DNA from: Candidatus Latescibacterota bacterium
Lineage (GTDB): Bacteria > Latescibacterota > UBA2968
NCBI GenBank assembly: GCA_965205975.1
Contig: OZ242195.1
Span: 1,344,001 to 1,408,000 of the forward strand
DNA: 64,000 bases
Direction: 5' to 3'
Part shown: positions 56,344-64,000 of the stretch, piece by piece
Position numbering within the stretch: the stretch's first letter is position 1
How the letters are laid out: each line of letters starts with the position of its first letter
Program-made: the position numbers and the translations under genes
Notes under the pieces: model-generated
What the model was told of the DNA's origin: nothing
Seen by the model: the letters and a program-made list of their open reading frames with translations, nothing else
The model's database searches: none

Positions 56344-59010
56344 TTAAAATTTGAAATCGTAATTGACTTTTGCGTATAGAAATGTGCCGCCAAAGCCATA
56401 AGGGCTATACTCGCCAAATGGCCTGCCAACTATGGGACCTGGATTGACGCCTTCTTCGATATTATCAGGCTCGACATTGAGAATATTCTGAATGCCGGCG
56501 GTTATTGTCGTTCCATCGCCAATTGAGAGACTGGACTCGAGATCAATCAAAAACGCGCTCCCAAAGACTTGATGACCAACACTCCACTCATCCCAAGAAC
56601 CGTAATAATTGACGCGTCCCAATGCACTCCAATACTCGGTCAGGGGCTGTGTCAGGGTCAAATTTCCGCGATGCCTGGGAAGGCCCTTCTCCAATAGGGT
56701 AATACGCTGTTCATTGAGAACTTGAGAGTCGTATTTGGTCACCTCAGTAGAGGTATAGTTATACGCGAAGCTCAGTGTACCCGTACATCTCACTGGAGCT
56801 GTGAGAACGAGGTCGATACCCTGGGTTTTTGTCTCAAAGTTATTGGTAAAGAACCGAAATTCTTGCAGATTTCTCGCATTGATGCCCGTGGCTTCCAACT
56901 GATCAATCTGTTGAAGTGTGAGTGCTTTATCGCTGGAGGTCGCCATGCGATCTTTAACTCCAATATTGAAGTAATCGAGCGTTACATTTACCGGGGGGAT
57001 ACCGGTACCTGCGGGATAAATGGGGAGTGTCAAAATAAGGCCGGTCGAGATATTGACCGACTTTTCTGGTTTAAGCCCTTCGCCTCCTACGAGTGCGGCT
57101 GCAGGGTGGGTAGAGGGAATCGTGCCTCTATTGACCAGGATGAAATTGCCGTCGTCATCTTCACCAAATTCGGTCGTGACGTTAAAGGCGTTTTGTTGGC
57201 CGGGCGACGGTGCTCTGAAGCCCGTGCTAAAGCTGCCGCGCACTTTCACATTTTCATTTACCTTAAAGTTGGTCGCCAACTTGAAATTGGTTGTGGCACC
57301 AAAACCCTCGAAATTTTCAAAGCGCAGTGCAGCACCGAGCAACCAGTTTTCCTGTGGGTTAAATTCGGCGTCTCCATAAACAGCCCAATTGGATCGGCTC
57401 CAGCTTCCCGCGGCAATATCGCCGAAACCGGGAAAACCGTTGGAACCCGAGCTAAATCCCTGACTCGCCAGCGGGCCTATTTCAAAAGATTCGCGCTGCC
57501 CAGCTATAACTTCAAAGTTTTCAACGCGATATTCAAGACCGGCGGCGAAAAAGAATTGCTCACTAAACGGATAGGTCACATCAAAGTTAAAATTGGTATC
57601 CGTCTGGATATAGTCTCCTGGATTAAATTCTGTCGGCGTATTGGGTCCGAGGGAGGCATTCACCGTATTAAAAATAAAGAAATCAGAATGGTGGCGCCCA
57701 TAAGATGCACTGAGATCCCATGTCAGCAGCGACCGCGTTCCCTTGATACCCGCCAGAAAAGCACGGTCCTCCGTATTTCCGCCAAATCGGGGGGTGAAAC
57801 CACCGGGAAAGAGTTCCTGAAATGTGAACAAATTGGAGTCGTCGAAAACCTGTTTTAAGGCTGCTGCATCCGGCACCGAACAGGTTATGGGTACCACGGG
57901 GACATCGCCACCGCTCATATTGCCAACGCGCAATGTCGCTGTCAGTGTCCCGTTTACGCCATGGACAATACCCAGTTTCTCCGCTTCGGCCTGAGTATAG
58001 TAGTCGGTGCCGTCCCACATCAATACGGGTCCCTGATATACGGCACCGCGCGTATTGGGATTTCGGAAATAGAACCCGCCTTCAACTTCCTTGCTCGCAT
58101 AGTTACCATGCCCGTAGAACTCGATATTCTCGTTGATGGTGGCGCCGTAATTGGCAAAAATTTTCAGGTCGTCTCTAACAAAGGGTTGACCCCAGGGTTG
58201 GGCGGGATTGGCTACATGGGTATTGCCCCTGCCAATCAAACTCGCGGCATCGTCGCGCTGGACAGAGCGGTCTGTTTCATCCGCATTTCCATATTCCACG
58301 CTGAGGTTGATCCATGTATCTGGTGTGCCGAGCCCGATGTTGCCAGCCAGGGCGTAAGTGCCTCCGTCCCCATGCCGAAAAATACCGGGTTTGACTTCAA
58401 TAGAGCCGCCCTGGTAATTGTCTTTGAGTTCAAAATTCAACACGCCTGCGATGGCATCAGAACCGTATTGCGCGGATGCGCCATCGCGCAGGACTTCCAC
58501 GCGTTTGAGGGCAATACTCGGGATGGCAGATATATCTGGCCCCTGTGCGGCATCGGATAGACCATTGCCCAGCCAGTAAATCACAGATGCGCGATGGCGG
58601 CGCTTGCCGTTGACGAGTACCAGTGCGTGGTCGGGTGCCAGCCCTCGCAGGTTGGGCGGACGGACGATGGTTGCGGCATCGCTGATCGGCTGGAGGTTGA
58701 CATTGTAAGAGGGCACCACATTTCTCAGAAGATCCTGTACATCGCTCCCGCCTTGCTTGACAAAATCTTCGCCAGTAACGACATCAATGGGGACGGTGGA
58801 TTCGGTAACAGAACGCGGTTGGGCGCGGGTACCGATGACCACCAATTCTTCGAGCACGACCACTTCTTCGAGTATATCAGAAAGCGGGGGTACGGCAGTT
58901 GTATCCGCACTTTCGGTACGCGGATTTTCCTGTGATACGGCGGAGCCACTCATCGCAAGCAGGGCAACGAGGCCAAAAATGAAGGACTTAAAGTGGGATT
59001 TATATTCCAT
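56344..59010 (-). CDS. TonB-dependent receptor, paralog 2
   Basis: Signal peptide, LRGL..LVLVNGKR, VEVLRDGASAQYGSDAIAGVLN plug, terminal aromatic residue. Confidence 0.95.
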   Translation of the reverse strand: MEYKSHFKSFIFGLVALLAMSGSAVSQENPRTESADTTAVPPLSDILEEVVVLEELVVIGTRAQPRSVTESTVPIDVVTGEDFVKQGGSDVQDLLRNVVPSYNVNLQPISDAATIVRPPNLRGLAPDHALVLVNGKRRHRASVIYWLGNGLSDAAQGPDISAIPSIALKRVEVLRDGASAQYGSDAIAGVLNFELKDNYQGGSIEVKPGIFRHGDGGTYALAGNIGLGTPDTWINLSVEYGNADETDRSVQRDDAASLIGRGNTHVANPAQPWGQPFVRDDLKIFANYGATINENIEFYGHGNYASKEVEGGFYFRNPNTRGAVYQGPVLMWDGTDYYTQAEAEKLGIVHGVNGTLTATLRVGNMSGGDVPVVPITCSVPDAAALKQVFDDSNLFTFQELFPGGFTPRFGGNTEDRAFLAGIKGTRSLLTWDLSASYGRHHSDFFIFNTVNASLGPNTPTEFNPGDYIQTDTNFNFDVTYPFSEQFFFAAGLEYRVENFEVIAGQRESFEIGPLASQGFSSGSNGFPGFGDIAAGSWSRSNWAVYGDAEFNPQENWLLGAALRFENFEGFGATTNFKLATNFKVNENVKVRGSFSTGFRAPSPGQQNAFNVTTEFGEDDDGNFILVNRGTIPSTHPAAALVGGEGLKPEKSVNISTGLILTLPIYPAGTGIPPVNVTLDYFNIGVKDRMATSSDKALTLQQIDQLEATGINARNLQEFRFFTNNFETKTQGIDLVLTAPVRCTGTLSFAYNYTSTEVTKYDSQVLNEQRITLLEKGLPRHRGNLTLTQPLTEYWSALGRVNYYGSWDEWSVGHQVFGSAFLIDLESSLSIGDGTTITAGIQNILNVEPDNIEEGVNPGPIVGRPFGEYSPYGFGGTFLYAKVNYDFKF

Positions 59011-59118
59011 AAAAAAACCTCCGTTGTGTTAGAAACACGGGGGAGAGATACGGTTTTGGACTGTACGCATTCCAACTTATAAAAAATAAATCAACGTTAC
59101 CCAAAGTGCCAGAAAAAA

Positions 59119-59148
59119 AAGAAGCCGCGTTAAAAAACGCGGCTTCTT
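59119..59148 (-). terminator. terminator after TBDR paralog 1
   Basis: AAGAAGCCGCGTT/AACGCGGCTTCTT; adjacent A-run gives a U-tail on the minus strand. Confidence 0.8.
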
Positions 59149-59181
59149 AGTGATCAGGTGAACAATCCTTTGAACTACGAC

Positions 59182-61911
59182 CTAAAAGCCGAAGTTGTAT
59201 TTGGCATACCAGAACGCGCCGCTAAAACCAAATGGGCTGTACTGGCTGTATAAATGGCCCGAACCGCTCCTTGCATGTGGATTGATGTCGGGATAGATAT
59301 CGAGGATGTTCTGACCGCCAACGGTTACCGTTGAGTGCTCGGCAACAGTGTAACTAACTTCGGCGTCCAGTATCCATTCGTCGCCATAAACGAAGTCATC
59401 TTCTTGATCGTACCACGAACTGTAATACCGGAGGCGCCCCAGTACCTCAAGCATATCGTTCAACGGTTGGATAACCGTCAGATTCCCGCGGTGTTTGGGC
59501 AGAGCCTCTTGTATTTCCCGAACCCTTTGAGCACCCAGGGTTTCCAGATTGTGTCTGGTCACTTCGGTATTCGTCAAGTTATACGCCAGACTCAGTTGAC
59601 CGTCACACCACACCGGAGCCGTGAGCACGACGTCAATACCCTGGGTTTTGGTGTCAAAATCATTGACAAAAAATTTGAAATTTGTGATAAAATTCGCAGC
59701 CGTGATACCCGCCTGGAGCAGATCATCGACCTCCGCTGGGGTCAGGGAGAAATTTTGCGAGAGCGTCAAACGCCCCTTTACCAGGATGTGGAAATAGTCA
59801 ACTGTGATATTGACAGGGGGAATACCGGTATCCACGGGAAAAACGGGAATTTCAAAAACAACGCCAGCCGAGATATTGGTCGATTTTTCGGGATCAAGTG
59901 CCTCACCACCCTTGGATTCTGCGACGGGATTGGTTGAAGGGATGGTGCCATCATTTGTCAAATCACCGATTGTGGGATCGAAGATCGTGGATACGTTAAA
60001 CGCATTTTGCTGCCCCGGCGTAGGTGCTCTGAAGCCCGTGCTAAAACTGCCGCGCACTTTCGTATTCTCGTTAAGCCCGTAATTGGTCGCCACTTTGAAG
60101 TTGGTCGTGGAACCAAAATCATCAAAATTTTCAAAGCGCAGTGCAGCACCGAGCAGCCAGTTCTCCTGCGGATTAAATTCGGCGTCTCCATAAATTGCCC
60201 AGTTGGAGCGGCTCCAGGTACCTGCGGCAATTTCACCAAACCCCGAGAACCCGTTGGACGCGACAGTAAATCCATACTCTGCCAGCGGACCTTTGATCCA
60301 TGATTCGGTTTGCCCTTGCACGATTTCAAAATTTTCTGTGCGGTATTCAAGACCGGCGGCAAAGAAAAACTGCTCGCTAAACGGATAGGTGATATCGAAG
60401 TTGAAATTGGTATCTGTCTGGATATAGGTTCCAGGATCAAAATACGGTGCATCTTCGTGACTGGGATCAACTGTTGGTCCATTGGGCCAGGGTTGGTTGG
60501 GACCCAAAGAGGCATTTACTGTATTGAAGATGAAGTAATCGGCTTCGTTGCGCCCATAAGACGCGCTGAGATCCCAGGTCATCAGCCCTTGCGATCCCTT
60601 GATACCCGCCAGAAAGGCGCGATCATCCATAAACGCGCCAAATCGGGGCGTGAAGCCACCGGGAAAGAGTTCCTGGAATGTGAACCAATCGGGATTGTCG
60701 AAAACGCGTTGTAAGGCTGCTGCATCCGGCACATGGCAAACGATGGGCACGATGAACGCCTGGGGAATTCTAAGACCAGTATCTTCGGACTCTTCGAGAA
60801 CTTGGCTCAAATTACCTACGAGCAATGTCGCTGTCGAAGTTCCGTTTACGCCATCCACAATACCGAGTTCAGCAGCTTTGCCCGGATCATAATAGGTGGT
60901 GCCGTCGAACATCAATACGTCTCCCCTGAATACGCCACCTCGCGTATTGGGATTTCTGAAGTAGAAGCCGCCTTCGACTTCCTTGCTCGCATAGTTCCCA
61001 TGTCCGTATAATTTGACATTGTCGTTGATGTTAACACCGTAGTTGACAAAAAATTTCAGGTCGTCTCTAATGTAGGGTTGTCCCCAAATTTGTGCGGGAT
61101 CTTCCACGCGGTTATTGCCCACGCGGATCAAACGCGCGGCATCGTCGCGTTGCACGGAACGGTCGGTTTCATCCTCATTGCCATATTCCGCGCTGAGGTT
61201 GACCCAAGCATCTGGCGTGCCCAGACCGATATTGCCGGCAAAAGCATAACCGAAACCATCGCCTTCCTGAAAAATACCTGGTTTGATCTCAAAAGAACCG
61301 CCTTCGTAATTGTCTTTAAGCTCAAAATTCAACACGCCAGCAATGGCGTCAGAGCCGTACTGCGCAGACGCGCCATCACGCAGGACTTCCACGCGCTTGA
61401 TGGCAATAGAGGGGATAGGCGCTATGTCTGGCCCCTGTGCGCCGTCGGCGACACCACTGGTTATCCAGTGAATGACAGCAGCGCGGTGGCGTCGCTTACC
61501 ATTGATGAGGACCAGCGTGTGATCGGGTGCCAAACCCCGCATGCTGGGCGGACGCACGACGGTTGAGGCATCGCTAATCGGGTTTGTATTCACATTGTAA
61601 GAGGGCACCATATCTCGCAAAAGATTTTGTACATCTGTATCGCCTTGCTTGACAAAATCTTCGCCGGTAACGACATCGATGGGCACTGCGGATTCCGCTA
61701 CAGAACGCGGTTGTGCGCGTGAACCGATAACCACCAATTCTTCGAGTATGACCACTTCTTCGAGTATGTCAGTGAGTGGGGGTAAGGTAGCGGTTGTATC
61801 CGCAGTTTCTGTACGCGGCTTTTCCTCTTCCTGTGATACGGCAGTGCCACTCATTGCAAGCAGAGCAGCGATGCCAAGGGCGAGGCACTTAAAATGCTTC
61901 TTGGATTCCAT
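59182..61911 (-). CDS. TonB-dependent receptor, paralog 1
   Basis: Same plug motifs; long stretches identical to the neighbouring receptor. Confidence 0.95.
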   Translation of the reverse strand: MESKKHFKCLALGIAALLAMSGTAVSQEEEKPRTETADTTATLPPLTDILEEVVILEELVVIGSRAQPRSVAESAVPIDVVTGEDFVKQGDTDVQNLLRDMVPSYNVNTNPISDASTVVRPPSMRGLAPDHTLVLINGKRRHRAAVIHWITSGVADGAQGPDIAPIPSIAIKRVEVLRDGASAQYGSDAIAGVLNFELKDNYEGGSFEIKPGIFQEGDGFGYAFAGNIGLGTPDAWVNLSAEYGNEDETDRSVQRDDAARLIRVGNNRVEDPAQIWGQPYIRDDLKFFVNYGVNINDNVKLYGHGNYASKEVEGGFYFRNPNTRGGVFRGDVLMFDGTTYYDPGKAAELGIVDGVNGTSTATLLVGNLSQVLEESEDTGLRIPQAFIVPIVCHVPDAAALQRVFDNPDWFTFQELFPGGFTPRFGAFMDDRAFLAGIKGSQGLMTWDLSASYGRNEADYFIFNTVNASLGPNQPWPNGPTVDPSHEDAPYFDPGTYIQTDTNFNFDITYPFSEQFFFAAGLEYRTENFEIVQGQTESWIKGPLAEYGFTVASNGFSGFGEIAAGTWSRSNWAIYGDAEFNPQENWLLGAALRFENFDDFGSTTNFKVATNYGLNENTKVRGSFSTGFRAPTPGQQNAFNVSTIFDPTIGDLTNDGTIPSTNPVAESKGGEALDPEKSTNISAGVVFEIPVFPVDTGIPPVNITVDYFHILVKGRLTLSQNFSLTPAEVDDLLQAGITAANFITNFKFFVNDFDTKTQGIDVVLTAPVWCDGQLSLAYNLTNTEVTRHNLETLGAQRVREIQEALPKHRGNLTVIQPLNDMLEVLGRLRYYSSWYDQEDDFVYGDEWILDAEVSYTVAEHSTVTVGGQNILDIYPDINPHARSGSGHLYSQYSPFGFSGAFWYAKYNFGF

Positions 61912-62160
61912 AAAAAAACTCCTTTGAGAAGACGGAGGAGAGATGTGGGTTTTGGAACATGAGGGAGAGACGAGGTCCTTACATCTTAAGAAATTTTCTA
62001 TAATTTAACTTTATATATATCAGGCGTCAACCCCTAATTGCTTAGGCAAATGTAAAAGTATGTATATGCCAATTTGCAATTAAGGGTATCTTTATATATA
62101 TTTTTTCCTTTCATGTGTGAGATAAAAGACCCGTCAGATTCAATTGAAGGAGGTTGCGTT

Positions 62161-62322
62161 TTGAAGTCCAGTTACGTAAATAAAGATCTCGAGGAAACCA
62201 GACGCCTACTTACGCAGGTGAGGCGGGGTGGCAAGCGGAGCAAAAAAGCGCGTAAGAAATTGGAAGCCAAAGGCATCAGATATTACACATCTGAAGAAGC
62301 CGAGAGCCTCGGTATTGAATAA
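62161..62322 (+). CDS. small basic hypothetical protein (53 aa)
   Basis: GAAGGAGG RBS, TTG start MKSSYVNKDLEETRRLL..., hairpin and T-run after the stop. Confidence 0.65.
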   Translation: MKSSYVNKDLEETRRLLTQVRRGGKRSKKARKKLEAKGIRYYTSEEAESLGIE

Positions 62323-62356
62323 AAAAGAAAGGCGTGCGAAAGCGGCCTTTTTTGCT

Positions 62357-62962
62357 ATGAATGACGCGGGAATCATCCTTACAGGCGGCGAAAGCAGGCG
62401 AATGGGTCGGCCCAAGTACAGCTTGTCCTTTGGCGATGAAACCCTGCTTCAGCGAAGTGTAAGAAATCTGAGAGGATCTGTTTGTCCAATTGTGATCGTG
62501 AGTACACCCGGACAAAACTTGCCCGCCATACCCCATGTTTTGTCTATATGTGACCCCGTTGCCGGGCAAGGACCGTTAATGGGGCTGATGACAGGGTTAA
62601 AGCATGTCGAAGGCATTTCTGAATGGGCATTGGGAACGGGTTGCGACATGCCGTTCATCAGTACTGAATTGATCCAATGCCTCAAATCGCACAGGACAAT
62701 AGAGGCAGAGATCGTCATTCCTCGGATAGATGGGCAGTTTTATCCTTTGTGCGCGCTTTATCGAACGGCTCTCTGGCGAAAAGCCAAATTTCTACTCGAA
62801 AAAGGAGAACGGCGGCTTTTGGCATTGGTCGATGTATGCCGCGCCCAAACCCTTGCACAAGACGCACTCGCGCAGATTGATCCCGATCTCCGATTTTTGA
62901 TGAATATCAATACGCCTCAAGATTATCAGAGTGCTCTTGAATTGGTCGGTTTGCAGCGGTGA
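62357..62962 (+). CDS. mobA: molybdenum cofactor guanylyltransferase
   Basis: ILTGGESRRMGRPK, GQGPLMG, CDMPF, PLCALY, NINTPQD. Confidence 0.9.
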   Translation: MNDAGIILTGGESRRMGRPKYSLSFGDETLLQRSVRNLRGSVCPIVIVSTPGQNLPAIPHVLSICDPVAGQGPLMGLMTGLKHVEGISEWALGTGCDMPFISTELIQCLKSHRTIEAEIVIPRIDGQFYPLCALYRTALWRKAKFLLEKGERRLLALVDVCRAQTLAQDALAQIDPDLRFLMNINTPQDYQSALELVGLQR

Positions 62963-63049
62963 AATTGGACAGATGTATCTATCCACTGTTGACGATATTC
63001 TTTTTTCACATATATTGCTCCATTTACTTATCACCAAGGAGGTATCGCG

Positions 63050-63352
63050 ATGGCTATTGAAGACAAAACCATGCTGACTGAAGATGAGATTCGCGCAGAG
63101 GTTGCCGATCTCGAAGGATGGGAATATTTGGAAGACACAAAAGAATTGCAGCGCGTTTGGCATTTTGAAAAATTTGTGCCAACTATGGCTTTTGTGCGCA
63201 GGCTGACAGAGATTATGGATGAAAATAATCACCATTCGGATATCAGCCTCAACAGCCGAACAAAAACGCTCACAGTCACGGTGACGACCCACAGTGAAAA
63301 TGCCGTCACCCGTGCAGATATCGATTTTGCAGGCGCAGTAAATCGAGGGTGA
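63050..63352 (+). CDS. phhB: pterin-4-alpha-carbinolamine dehydratase
   Basis: NHHSDI, TTHS..VT.ADI.FA. Confidence 0.88.
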   Translation: MAIEDKTMLTEDEIRAEVADLEGWEYLEDTKELQRVWHFEKFVPTMAFVRRLTEIMDENNHHSDISLNSRTKTLTVTVTTHSENAVTRADIDFAGAVNRG

Positions 63353-63370
63353 AAAATCATTGGAGGTGGG

Positions 63371-64000
63371 ATGAAGGTGAATCTCAATATTCAGCCTGGC
63401 GACCTGAAAGTCAGGCTGAATCGTTTTTTTGAACTGGCCGCACAGAAAATTCGCAATATCGATTCGACGTGGGACCCCGGCCGGGGAACGCCGGTATTTA
63501 CAGAAGGTGGCAAATACACCACGCGCGGATGGACCGAGTGGACGCAGGGATTTCAATTTGGATGCGCCATTTTGGGATATGAAATCACGGGAGAGAAAGA
63601 TTTATTGCGGATTGGGCGCGAGGGCACGGTCGAGCGAATGGCGTCTCATGTAACGCATATTGGCGTACATGATCACGGGTTTAACAATGTATCGACCTAT
63701 GGCAATTTGAGACGGTTGATGCGAGAAGGTATGATTCCAGAAAACGAATGGGAGCAGCACTTTTACGAACTGGCACTCAAATCATCTGGCGCTGTTCAGG
63801 CTGCTCGCTGGACGACCATTGGTGATGGGAAAGGGTATATTCATTCATTTAATGGACCGCATTCCCTGTTTTCAGATACCATCAGGTCGGGTCGCGCACT
63901 GGCTGTAGCACACGACCTCGGTCACGTTTTGATGGGGGAGAATGACCTCGCAATTTCGCTGCTCGAGCGCTTGATTCACCACGCCGAGACGACCGCGCAG
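63371..64000 (+). CDS. GH88-like glycoside hydrolase (partial, runs off window)
   Basis: GGAGG RBS; MKVNL..YTTRGWTEWTQGFQFG..HIGVHDHGFNNVSTYG. Confidence 0.75.
   Translation, partial: MKVNLNIQPGDLKVRLNRFFELAAQKIRNIDSTWDPGRGTPVFTEGGKYTTRGWTEWTQGFQFGCAILGYEITGEKDLLRIGREGTVERMASHVTHIGVHDHGFNNVSTYGNLRRLMREGMIPENEWEQHFYELALKSSGAVQAARWTTIGDGKGYIHSFNGPHSLFSDTIRSGRALAVAHDLGHVLMGENDLAISLLERLIHHAETTAQ

Noticed and set aside
56722..57858. 378-aa antisense ORF, and other long shadow ORFs such as 34038-34979 and 23729-24457
   Set aside because: They lie opposite well-supported genes and have no recognisable motifs

Overview
Ordinary chromosomal region of a diderm heterotrophic bacterium; the gene set and repeat style suggest the FCB superphylum, but that is inference only. 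Housekeeping and metabolic genes: phnX, a xanthine dehydrogenase-family M-S-L operon, UDG, hpt, mutL-miaA-tRNA-Gly(CCC), metH, pyk, tamA/B-like, sppA, gldAFG-like ABC operon, two tandem TonB-dependent receptors, mobA, phhB. These are interrupted by small accessory patches: several intact or eroded toxin-antitoxin modules, two abutting IS3-family elements with a truncated TIR gene, and a two-gene islet after tRNA-Gly. The most striking item is non-coding. A 431-bp protein-free IS200/IS605-type element (47975-48405) has two ends that obey the TnpA guide/cleavage pairing rules. It carries its own sigma70-like promoter and a ~350-nt highly structured RNA ending in a TnpB omegaRNA-like scaffold, making it a candidate stand-alone mobile guide-RNA cassette. 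Other leads are a PhnX plus hydroxyethylphosphonate-dehydrogenase-like pair, a Thr-nucleophile sulfatase, an endonuclease-dead MutL, two further structured-RNA candidates, a Zn-ribbon ABC pair with DUF1854, and dispersed short-tandem-repeat elements at gene ends. All calls come from reading motifs by eye; no database searches were run.
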